Shown one piece after another: positions 1-12,600 of a stretch of DNA of 64,000 nt (within the stretch, counting starts at the first letter, position 1; every line of letters starts with the position of its first letter). A model generated the notes under the pieces. That model was not told the origin of the DNA. It worked only from the letters and a program-made list of their open reading frames with translations, and did no database searches. The stretch is from assembly GCA_964252035.1 (NCBI GenBank), contig OZ176201.1. One strand, 5' to 3'. The position numbers were made by a program, and so were the translations under genes. This stretch comes from Podarcis erhardii. Taxonomy: Eukaryota.

Positions 1-547
1 ACATGGGGGGGGGGGGGAGAGAGAGCAGGAGAGGGGAGGTTGTTTCCTCCACGGCACAAGCATTTCAGCCTGCCAGATGGAACAATCTTCTTAGCGCTAC
101 ATTGAATCCCTCCCCTGAGTTCCTAGCATTTGTGGAACCTGAGAGACTTGTGCAAGCACCGTTCTGTTCATTCTTTTGTGAGAAACTAGCCTTTCAGCGC
201 TTGACTTTGCTACTCCCAATCCCCAGAAAAATTCCTGTGGATCACGCCTGCATTTTCAGGAGGCTCTGTGGCTTTCTCCACCCCTGAGCTCCCACTGAGA
301 ATCCAATCTGCTCATCCCTTCCTGGGGGAATCTCCGCAGCAGCTGCTTCTTAGCAACTGCCCCTGAGCCCCTGTGAGCCCTCTTGGCATGAGGGGAATGT
401 GTGGGCTCCAAGAGGAAGGAAGCAGTCCCCACTTTTGAACCCGGCACTGGAAAGTCTGAGCCCAGGATTGAAGAGGGCTCCAGAGGTCCTTGGACTTCCT
501 TTTCCCAAAGGGTCAACCAAAGGCTGAGAGTCAGCAGGCCCTCTTAC

Positions 548-606
548 CCTGTGCAGCCCATTCCTTCTGTAGGCAGGAAGAGAGGCAGATTTTGAAATGA
601 GGGGAT
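548..606 (-). CDS. ABLIM3: ABLIM3 exon ~20 (59 nt): (D)[19 protein letters not shown]
   Basis: Acceptor tttcag|AT, donor AGG|gtaaga; phase 1 to 0. Confidence 0.95.
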
Positions 607-3600
607 CTGAAACAGAGAACAGGTTTTGCAAAAGTCAGAAGACGCAGGCTTCCCCATTGCCTAGAAAAAGGAACAGTCTCTAGCGCACAGGCATGGCAGA
701 AAATTAATTGTAGTAGGAAGAACAGGAAAGTTTTAATTCTTTACACACGAGTAACACGACTGCTATTGACATTATTATCTTGCCTTCCTCCAAGGAACTC
801 AGGGTGGTGTGCCTGGTTCTCTACCTCCCATTTTATCCTCGCAACAACCCTGTGAGGTAGATTAAGCTGAGATATAGCAACTGGCCGAAGGTTCCCCAGC
901 GATGTTCCTGGCTGAGTAGGGATACACCTCCCCAAGCCTTGTCAACACCCTAACCACTCCACTCCACTGTCCCTCAAGGAGTTGCATCTTGAGGAGTGGC
1001 AGAAGGCATTCCACTAGAGACATGTTTGAGGCAGTAACTTAGGGCTCTCTGCGAACGTAAAAAATGAGTCTCTGTTATTCTTGCATTGCAAAAGGTTGGG
1101 CTTTGGGTGCCTTTCAGCTCTACAGCTCTATGACAAATAAACTGAAAAAATGGACAATCTCCCTTTAATGGCATTCTAAAATCTGCCTGCTGGGCTTGGC
1201 CACCTCACCCTGTCCAACAGCAGGACCAGTCCTGTCTCTCAGTCCCTCCTCATTGAGATTACCAATCTACTTATGGTAAGCCTGACATTGATAGAGGAGC
1301 ACAACCCCAGGCTTAACTAAGGGCCTACTGCACTTCACTAGCACAACAGAGAGTAGACCCTCACTTCTATCCCCCTCCCACCTAGATTCTATAGTCCTGA
1401 AAGGAAGAAACTGCTTTGGTTCTAAAAAGTCCTCCTTGACAGAAGTGGATGAAAGAACACAAAGTGAAAGAGGCAGGAGGCAGAGCGAAACGTACCACTG
1501 TCAGCCAGGTAATGTGAACGGGGTGCTGTGGAGGAAGACAAAGCAACAAGTCAGGCATGCACACAGAGTATGTTTCACAGCAGTGCAAGCTTGAACACAC
1601 CCCACAGGCTGAATCACACATTCAAGCCCATATGATTCTGTACACAGATAAAGACGGCTGTGAACAACGTGGCACATTGAGACAACTGCGGTGCATGTGG
1701 CAAGGGAATATCGTTGCAATCGTGAAAATGACTGCTAGCTATCTTCAGGTATTGCTTGGTTCACATTATGTGGACAGTGTCATTCTATGGTTTCATCACT
1801 AGGTGGCACTGGACTTAGTTGTACTTGGTGGACTCAGGAATTTCCTGTTGCTGTTCTGCTTTGTTTAAGAGAGAAAATAAAGTTCTTGTCAAGCTTCATT
1901 ACTGGTGTGTTTTCTAAGAGCCAAACTACATATTACATCAATGTGTAGTGTGCTGTGGATTATTATTATTTTTAATCAGTTACAGGTGTGTGTGGCAATG
2001 AAGATCGCCCTGCATGGCTAGGAGACTTAGGGGGGGGGGGGGAAATCAATGTCAGCTTCACTGATGTAAATATTTCCCCTCTCCTCCCCCTGGGGAGTTC
2101 TTAAGATATCTCCAGAGCTTATTATGGGGTGCTTGGGGGGGAGGGGAAGTTCTACTGTGCTAGTGGGATATATTTTGCTAGTTCCTGCTAGCACATCACC
2201 TCATTTGAATCCAGACCTTAGGGAAAAGTTCCCATTAAACCCAATGGAGATTTTTAAATCTAAGCCTCCCAACTGCAGGGAGGTGGGATTTTCACCCCAA
2301 TTGTAGCAGAAGATTTACAGTTGTACCTTGGGTTACAGATGCTTCAGGTTACAGACGCTTCAGGCTACAGACTCTGCTAACCCAGAAATAGTACCTCAGG
2401 TTAAGAACTTTGCTTCAGGATGAGAACAGAAATCGTGCTCTGGCAGCGCGGCGGCAGCAGGAGGCCCCATTAGCTAAAGTGGTGCTTCAGGTTAAGAACA
2501 GTTTCAGGTTAAGAACGGACCTCGAGAACAAATTAAGTTCTTAACCCTAGGTACCACTGTACCTTCCTCCATCTCAACACACTGTTATCTAGACAACAAT
2601 TGGACCCCCTGTATTTGCAACCAAATAGAGGAAATCCAGAGATGTAGCTGCACACTATGCATGAAGTGTAACATGTAGCTTGGCTCCAAGCCCTTAGTGA
2701 CAATGCTGACTTTTTCTCCATTTAGTCTTATACTAGGACACTTGACTGTGGAGAAGTAAGTGATGCAAGGAGGGAAGGAGACACGGGGGTGCTGTTTAAT
2801 GCTTTCCCCTACAGCCATTTTGCTACACAAAATGCCCGCCCTCCCAGCAGAAAAACAGCTGAGGAGGGGCCAATTTCGAGCAAAAAATAATAATAATGCT
2901 GAATTTTACTAGCCTCTCCTCCTCCCCAACCCAAATCTCTCTGCTTAAACTTAATTCCTTCTGAGGCTGTTTTTTTAAAAAAAGAGAAGCTGGAAAGGTA
3001 AACATGACTATGTGCCATATCTAGTTTGGACTTTTTAGTGACTAAAAGCAACAACCCAGAATGACTAGCTGCTGTGAGCTGTTGATGGCCCCATCTAGTG
3101 GCCAGCTGATGCAATTGCAGGAGCACATTTTTGCCCCTCACCCACACTCCTTTGGCAGGAGGGGGGCGGGGAAGGAGAAAGGGAGGTGGGATAATGTGGA
3201 AGTTCATCAAAGATTAATGAAATATTCCTTCAGGCTCCGGCTGGTAGGGTGCCCCAGGGAAAGCGATAGCGTGAGAGCGTACGTGTCCGAGAAGGTGTGC
3301 AAGTTAACCCTGGGAATGCAGACATAGATAAAGGCTTATATATAGTTTGCCAAATAAACTCTGGCATCGTGGAATGCATGATTCCTGTGAACATGATTTT
3401 ATTGTCGAAGATTTCTCTGTGAACTCGAGCACTAGGGGGCAGCACATTGACCATTATTCTTGATCCCTGAAATTTTAATCACCCCAGTTTGGTACAATAT
3501 GCTTGACACACAACAAACAAATGGGGGAAATGACAAGTAATCTCTCCAAACACCAACTCACTGACGAGATGAATGAAGAGAGATTTTGATCTCCCTTTGC

Positions 3601-6600
3601 CCAGATATGGAGATGTGCTCTGTTTGCTATTAGAACCACAAAGATCACTAGCCAGGGCAGGTGCAGGGTAGGCGGTGCCAGTGTAAAATGGTGCAAAAGT
3701 GGGGTAAAAATGGTGACTCGAGGGGGTGGAGCCAATTGCCTGCTGTACCCCAGGAGCCCAGACGCGGTTTGCATATTCAAGCACACATTTACGTCTGAGT
3801 TATTACAGATCAGGGATTCTAAACTGCTTAGCTGCTTGCAATTGCTAAAATAATTGGGAATCAGAAATCCTACTGCAAAGCACCCAGTGATCTACTAGCA
3901 GATCCTGATCAATCTTATGCACACTTCTGTCTTAGGCCAACTGACTCTCTCAAATGCATCTGGCTCTTTCTCTTCTCTGCTCTGTCAAAAGCCAGGGGAA
4001 TAGTTGGATCAGGCAGGAATGGTCGTGCTGAGAATGCAGTGTGAGACCCAGAAACAGGACTGTGAGCTAAAGGCTAGTGCTGTGTGTGTCATGAGGTAGC
4101 TTTGAAACACCCAGGTTCATTCTTGGTATGTGAACCTGACCGGCCGTTATTAATGTCTCCATTTTCACTGCCGTTCTAACCTCCCTCAGTCTCACGGTCC
4201 CCAACTATGAATGTTGCATCAAGAAAACAATATCAGGCTGGAACCAGTATATTCATAGCAAAACCAGCCAATTTAATTCACTAGAAGAGCTCAGTCGGCT
4301 GGTTCTAAATCCACAGACTCAGCATCTGATCTGAATTTCCCCTGCACTGGGATCATTCTGCCATGTCTGTGATACCTGCCCACCCCCAGCAAGAATCTCC
4401 CTCACACAATAGCAATGCACGGCCTGTGAAAAGACAAGCCTTCTGCACCTCTCCCTTCCTTGAAGCCAACCATCTGCTGGCAGGCAGGGGGTAGGTGAAA
4501 TTTTCCCGATTGCTTACAGCCATTTAAGGAGCTTTCGTAGCCGGCCGTGTGAAGAGCTTCTCTACTGCCTGCCGAGCTGCGAGGAGGAGTCCAGGGGTCA
4601 GCGTAGGAATTGGATCGGGCCTTCATTTCTTCCTTAAGTATCAATCTGCCAATGCCAGTCTGGAGCTATCACCGCAAAACATTAAGAAGATGGATATTAT
4701 AGGAGAGGGAGGGAAGGAGGCAAAGACCACATCAGGGCCGGATCCTGCTGGGCAACCCCACCACCCCATGATCTACCATGAACAGCCCTGTGGGAAGGAT
4801 CCTGGTGTGTGTCGACACTTTAATATTGCTTATTGTGTTTTAAAAATATGTAACAGAATATTACTTGTAAGCCACCTTGATAGGATTTATATCCTGAAAG
4901 GGGAGATATAAACAATTTCAAACACACACATATTATTTTCCCTTGTATGATTAAGTAGCACTGAGATTAGCCACATGTGTTTAAAGAAGATTGGAAAATG
5001 TTTGTTGAATATATGGGTGAAAATTGTGTACATTTGAAGACACTGGCAGAATTAAGATACAGTGTAGACAAGTTTTGGTGGTTGTGATAATGGAATACTG
5101 AATGGTTTAGCTTATGTAAAATATGCAGGGATTTGTGGTATGTAAACTGAACCACAGAAAGAGAAGAGAAGTCATTGATTTAAGGTTGTTTAAATGAATA
5201 TTTTAAAATGTAAAATAGAAAAACTTAATGAAAAATTATACAGAAAAAGAGAGATTAGCATAATAAAATGACCTAAAAGAGTAAAAATCCAATAAAACAT
5301 AATGAAAAGGTGCAGAGGCATTATCACTGTTGACATGAACTCAGAGATTTCAACTGTTTCCCAGTGAAGCTATCAGCACTGGACTACCCCATTGCACAGA
5401 ATGGAGCAGCATCTGAAGTAAAAGTCCTCAGCAGCCGACCTCCTCTTATGAGGCCGTGAGCACAGCAGCAGAGGCTGGCACAGTGAGGAACCCTGAAGGC
5501 GCTGCTACCAACCCAAGGAGGAAGAGAGCCTGTGGAAGCTGGGCCACAGCAGCGTTCCTAAGTTCAGCATAAAATGGGCAAAGGCTGTGAAGATGAGCAC
5601 TCACCTTATGCATCCCTCGATCAAACCCATCTTCTTCTCCTCCTGATGAGAACCTCCGAACTCGTGGTGCTACAAAGAAGTGGTGGCAGGGCAGTCAGTT
5701 CAAAGAAATCACTTGCATGGCATCAGGTTAAGACAGCAGCCATGAATCTGGGGACTTTGCTAAGGTTGGGGCCAATGTTGGCCGTGCATTTCTGTAACCC
5801 AAAGGGGCCTGTGCTCCTTCTGGCATGAAGCTTGGGACAGACAGTAGCATATTCTTTTCAGGCATTATAGCTGGGAAGGGCCAGAGCTTCCGGTTCATGG
5901 AAGGTGAGCAGCCACAAAGACAGACAGGGCTTCTGTAACTTTAAGAGCTTTGCAGAAGAGGGAATTTCAGCTGGTGTAGCTTTCTGCCCACCTTGATATT
6001 CTAGACTGAGGATGGGGAACCTCTAGATTAGGGAAGTAATAGTGCCACTGTATTCTGCTCTGGTCAGACCTCACCTGGAGTACTGTGTCCAGTTCTGGGC
6101 ACCACAGTTCAAGAAGGACACTGACAAACTGGAACGTGTCCAGAGGAGGGCAACCAAAATGGTCAAAGGCCTGGAAACGATGCCTTATGAGGAACGGCTA
6201 AGGGAGCTGGGCATGTTTAGCCTGGAGAAGAGGAGGTTAAGGGGTGATATGATAGCCATGTTCAAATATATAAAAGGATGTCACATAGAGGAGGGAGAAA
6301 GGTTGTTTTCTGCTGCTCCAGAGAAGCGGACACGGAGCAATGGTTCCATACTACAAGAAAGAAGATTCCACCTAAACATTAGGAAGAACTTCCTGACAGT
6401 AAGAGCTGTTCGACAGTGGAATTTGCTGCCAAGGAGTCTCCTTCTTTGGAGGTCTTTAAGCAGAGGCTTGACAACCATATGTCAGGAGTGCTCTGATGAT
6501 GTTTCCTGCTTGGCAGGGGGTTGGACTCGATGGCCCTTGTGGTCTCTTCCAACTCTATGATTCTATGATTCTATTCTAGATATTGCTGGACTCAGCCCAA

Positions 6601-9600
6601 GGCAGCATGGTCTTGGGATGATGGGAGCTGCAGGCCAGCAATATCTGCAGGGCTACTGTTCCCCATCCCTGTTGCAGACCATGCTTAAAAGGTACAAGAG
6701 CCCAGTCCTTCTCTGCAGTTGGATATTTTGGCACTTTCCTCTCCATTTCAGCATGGCCACTGCATGTAGGATTACACATACACACATTCCTGGAGCTTTT
6801 GGTGCCCTGGTGTGGAGAATGTTACCTTTAGGTGAGCCTTGAAAGGTCCAGTATTCTGTTTCGGAGTGGTAATATGGATCTGGAGAGTAGGCTGGGCTAT
6901 ATTTGGAGCTCTGGGCAATATCCTCACTGGTTTTGCTTTTTGTGGCTGCAGATAGGGTATCTGCAAAAGCGACAGAGAGCACGTGTGAAAGACTGGAAGG
7001 AAAAGGGGAGCTCTTCACAAGGGTCTGGCAGCAATGACACGCGAGTTCCAGGACAGCTCCTACCTTATATAAAAACAAGGGCTTTGTTTTTAAGGTGAGA
7101 GAGGAACAAGGGGGAAGGGAGACATGCCTGCTCTGTGTACCCACTGCTCATTTCACCATAGCCCCTCGCTGGTGCTGAAGCTGGTGCCAGGGTGAGTGGG
7201 TGAGTGGGAAGAGACATCAGGAGAGAGGCTTTGTGGGAAGGAAAGCCATGGGCCCCCTCCCTCCATTGCTTTTGCACTTTAAAAATGCTTCAAGCAAGAT
7301 CAGAACAAACCCAGGTTTAAATGAACAGTCCTGCTGCTATCATGCCTAATTCAAACTTTTCTTCCAAATCTCCAGATAGCAAACTTTTGGCTACTTCTCT
7401 ATAGAGCTTAGGCAAATGCAGAGCAACAGAGCAATGCAATTCTGCTATTTTTCACTTGCCAGTATTTTATTTATTTATATGTTTATATACCACGCTTTTT
7501 CTTCCAAGGAGCTCAAGTTGGTGTATCTGGCTCTCCTCCTCCCACTTACATTTCATCCTCACAACAACCCTGTGAGGCAGGTAGAAGAATAAGAAGAAGA
7601 GTTTGGATTTGATATCCCGCTTTATCACTACCCTAAGGTGTCTCAAAGCGGCTAACATTCTCCTTTCCCTTCCTTCCCCACAACTAACACTCTGTGAGGT
7701 GAGTGGGGCTGAAAGACTTCAAGAAGTGTGACCTGCCCAAGGTCACCCAGCAGCTGCATGTGGAGGAGCGGAGAAGCGAACCCAGTTCCCCAGATTACGA
7801 GTCTACTGCTCTTAACCACTACACCACACTGGATAAGGTAGCACTTATCCTCGGTCAACAAACATCTGGCACCCTGTAATTGCACCCCATCCCTATTGCT
7901 TCAGTCAGGAGACTCCTGTGTCTGTTTAAAGCCAGGCCTGGAATTGCCTCCACGACAGAAGTTTCCAAGCTGGAGCACAACGCAGCTCCATGTTGGTTAC
8001 TGGCACAGTTCACTCTCTAGATTCTGGAAGGGCTGTGTGGCTCAGAGGGGCAGGGTGCATGCTTTGCATGCAGAAGTTCCCAGGTTCCATCCCAGGTATC
8101 TCCAGGTAGAGCTTGGAGAGACTCCACTCTGAAACCACGGAGAGCTGCTTTACTGGCCAGTACTGTAGACAACAGTGAACTAGCAGGATCAATGAACCGA
8201 CTGCTGCTTACATTCTCATCCTTTATGTGAGCTTTCCCCAACCTGGTGCCTTGCAGATGCTGTTGGACTACAACTCCCATCATCCCCGACCACTGACCAT
8301 GCTAGTTGGGGCTGATGGGGGCTGAAGGGGAGGGGACACCAGGTTGGAGAAGGTTGTGTTTGTCAAGAAGGGAAGCAGAAAGCAAGTGGCACAAGCTTCA
8401 TAGATAAGTGCAGCACTGGGGCGGGAGGTAGTTGGATGAGGGCAGGGAAAGGAAGAGCAATGGGAGGAAGGGGAAAGAGGTCAGGCAAGTGGAGGAGGGT
8501 GGGAGCCACCCCCCTGAACTAGCAAGCACCCTGACACAGCAATGATCACACCAAAAGTGAGACACAGGGCATGGCCCAAACTGGCTCAGTCTTAGGACCA
8601 AACAAGACAAGGTGCCAGTCACATGAAACTCTATGGACGGCTTTCAAAAATGTAAAAAGCAAATGCAGAGGCTGATCTAGTTTGGGACCTTGGGAGACAT
8701 GAGAGTCCTGATCTGAATTAGTTCCCTCATATCTGCTCTTTGCATTGGAGAGAAAGCTCCCGTTTATTCCCATGGAAGCTTTTCTGTAAATGAAAATATC
8801 AAGTGGAGATCTCTGATCAGGACCATCGATGACGGAAAGACTAAAGTCCCCTAACCCCCACAAAAATCCTAATCCACATCAACCCTCTGCCTCCCTGCCT
8901 ACTACTACTACTACTACTATTTCACATGACTCAAAGCAATTTACAGTCATTAATTTTATCACTGTATTTTATTTATTTAACAAAATTTATATGCCATCTG
9001 ATCGTAGTAAAACCTCCATTTACAAGAAAAAGAAAAAGCCATCCACACAACTGCTAATGGCATGAACGGCTTCCCATGTAGCTCGGCCACCAGAAAACAG
9101 CCACAGGAAGGAACAGTGAAAGAGAATTAGGGTGTGATTTGCTTTGGGTTGACGGGTTCTTATCATACAGAATAGCTGCCTTATGCAGCCTGTACTTAGC
9201 AACTCATCCTCATACAAGCCTCAGATCCCCCCTATATCCACGTTTCCAGTCTCCAAAAACTTGTATCTATGGGCCAAAACAGATGAAAATTACTTGTGCC
9301 ACCCTGCTATCCCAGCTGCAATTAACCCTGGGAGACAAGCTCCTTCTTGCACCAACAGAAGTTTATACTAATATCAGCTTTCTTTAAAAATGAAACACAG
9401 ACATCTCCCCAACCCTCCACATATGATTTAATCCAGAATTAATCCAGAATAGCAATCCATCCTAATAAAGACCAGATCCCACAGGTTGGTTGGCCACTGC
9501 AACAGCAAGGTGGTGAATTAGGTTACCCTTTGGCCTGATCTAGTTGGGTTTTTCTTATGTTCTTATCACACACACTCACTTTTTTATTTCTGGTGGGGGT

Positions 9601-12600
9601 TTTTTTGGTACCTATTTATCTACTTGCACTTTTGACATGCTTTCGAACTGCTAGGTTGGCAGGAGCAGGGACCGAACAATGGGAGCTCACCCCATGACGG
9701 GGATTTGAACCGCCGAACCTCTGATCGGCAAGCCCTAGGCTCAGTGGTTTAACCCATAGCGCCACCCGCGTCCCTTTTATTTCTGTTTTAATTAACACGG
9801 AGCAACTCTCATTCTTGGTTTGATACTCTCAAGAATAAATAAAGTGTGTTAAGGAGATAACTGGTTTTGAGCGATTTTGCTTTGAAAATATGCCCTTAAA
9901 TGTACATTAGAACAAGCAGAACTTCAGACAGTGCATACAAGAGGATTTTTATAGAGCACTTAGGGATAAATAATCTGCATTACGTGATCATGCATTAAGT
10001 CCACAAATGTATTTATATATATATATATCTTCAGAGAAAGCTATTTTATGTCCTAATAGAAGGGCAGTTTTTCCCCCTTAAGCTTTAAAATATCCAAGGC
10101 TTGCTGGAGGAAGTCAGAGGGCTTCTCAGGAGCAAGGCATGGTGAGGTTGTTGGTACCAAGAAGAGAGGCAAAGGGAGGTACTTACAATGCAGTGGGGAG
10201 CAGGCAGCCAGCAGGGCAGGGTGTTAGGCAGACAGCGGAAGAGGGAAAGGGGGAAGGAAAGAGAGGAGACACTTGGTTACCACATTCAAGGGGAAAGCCA
10301 CAAGACCCTTCTAAAGCAATAAAAGCAGATCGGTGAGTGCAGAGCAAGCCCCTCATCCTCTTCACTGATGGGACTGCCCAGCAGAGGGCGCTCCTCCATC
10401 TTCCATGGCTCCCAAGAGCTTTGACTCAGAAGAAGTCTGGAGGGACATTGTTTCTGTAGTTTCCCAGGCCCTGTGGGTGCAGAACATCTAGCCTCCAGTT
10501 CCACACCTCCAAGTGATATTCCTGCTAGGATGCTTCATGGCCGTCTCATGTACGAGGCTAGACGTTTCCTCTCTAGCCTTCCTCACCTTGTACAGTCTCC
10601 TTATCCAGTGACAGTATGGCCACCCACCCTGGGGACAGGCACCAGACCTTGGCTTTATCTTCTGCTCTTCTCATTCACTCATTTCCTCCCTATTTAAGTT
10701 CATTGCAAAGCCATATTGCTTCTCTATGACTTTGCAAGAAGACAGCTCTTCTTCCTTTCTGCTCTCTTAGCAAAAAAATAAATTAAAAAAAATATCTACA
10801 TTATGCCCTGATCTTCTCTCAGTTTGACCTTTGGGCTTTGATTGTCTCTAGTCAGTCCCCTCCAGGAGCATCTGGTATGGTGGTGTGGAGCTGTCACTCT
10901 TGCTTTCCATGGTGGGGCAGGTCAGCGGCAAGGCTGGGGTCAGCATGGAGTGCAGCCAGCTCCTGAGGGTGTGCCTAGATGGCCCCAACCTCACCCCTGC
11001 CCTGATGCATCCTGGGAAGCAGCAGTGATGCTGGTGTCAAGGAGGCAACTCCATCATATTGCCCCACCATGCTAGCCACTCCTGGTCTCCAGCAGTAGCT
11101 GCCAATATCATTTACTTCTCTCACCATGACACTCTCCTTCTTAAATCCCTACATTGGCTTCCTGTGCATTCCTGGACCCCACACAAGCTCCTCATCCTTG
11201 CATTCAAAGCCTTCTGTGACCTTGACCCCTTCTTCACTTATATCCTGATACCTTCTTGCCTGTGACTTTCAGAAGTCCAGTTAAACCACTTCCCAAATGC
11301 CTCTTTTCCCTCAAAAAACTCCACCCATTCTCCTTTGACCATGATACCACCTCTCTTCCTTCCACCAGATCCCTCCTCAAAGGCCACCTTTTCTTATGAA
11401 GCCTCTGGTATAACTCCGTGCCCAGCTATTACTAGGTCAAAACGCATCATATTGCAACAACCACACTTTCCTCTCCCTTTCACCCCTGCCTTCCATTTTC
11501 ATCCTTGCCCTTGATGTCTCCCTTGTGTGGCACTTTAGATTGACAGCCCCTTGTGGGAGGGACCTGAAAAATTCCATGTGCATGATTGGTGTAAATATAC
11601 TAATACTAATATGCATGATGGATGTAATAACTGAACTGGCCCTATAGCCCTGTTGCTCCCTTTCACCTGCAAGAGAGTAAGGATTATCAGCTAAATAGCC
11701 CATTTCTACTTTGAGTTCCTTATGGCTGAGGAGACCCAGGCAGATTTTGACCTTGACCTTTTTATATTCCTAGGACAACGTCTGAAGGTCCCTGACCTAG
11801 AACGTGCCCCAATGTAAGTTTTGTTGCAGTTTCCTTTTCAGAAGTCAGAGATACTCAGACTTGCATTCTTTCCCCCATTGTGTCCAGGTCTGGCACTGGG
11901 TAAACGTCAACTTGGTATATAACTTTTGCAAAGCTCACAGAGTCACTCCACACTCAATGTGCAGCACTGTTGCGAAAGCAGAACTGGACTTTGTTATTAT
12001 GTGTATCCAAATATGTGTCAAAGCCATGCCCAAACTGTACCGTGTCTTTTATAGATGGGGGGTTTCCGGTAGATGTTACTCTCTGCAGCAGCTGGAGGCA
12101 AAAAGAAAGATAATAAAGGAAAGAAAGAGACAGAAAAGGAGAGTAGAAGCCAGTGCGTGAATGTTTCAGAATCACAAGAGCCGCCACAATTTGTGGGTAA
12201 GGTCCCCACCCACAATCCAACTGCCTGCTTACTCCATTCAGTGTTTTTCTCCTCACAGCCTTATTTTAAGCAGCTGCAAAGCTGAGATAGGTTGGGAGCT
12301 GGTTTGATGGGGGAAGAAGGAATCCATCCTACTAGGGGTGATGTGTGCTACAGACAGCCATACGACAGAGAATGCGTCCATGAGATCATGCTGGGAGCAT
12401 GCTCACCATTAAAAGCATGCAGGGTCAGGCAGACATTTCTCCTTCTGGCACAGTTGATGGCTTGCCTTCGTTCAGAGGAAGGGAAGTCCTAATTTGGGTG
12501 GTGCTCATGGCCACGTCTTTCTCGTCTGCCAGTGGCACCGGATGATCTGTGAGTCGGTTCCTTAGAGACAGGGCTGTAACCCTCATCCCATCATTGCCCA

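Noticed and set aside
1-547. Next ABLIM3 exon (TPSADLFHYD.. and the villin headpiece)
   Set aside because: No matching sequence was found on the minus strand; it presumably lies left of the window.
7760-7832. tRNA genes at the SINE heads (also 9700-9774 and 61090-61171)
   Set aside because: A and B boxes continue directly into SINE bodies and tails, with no complete cloverleaf.
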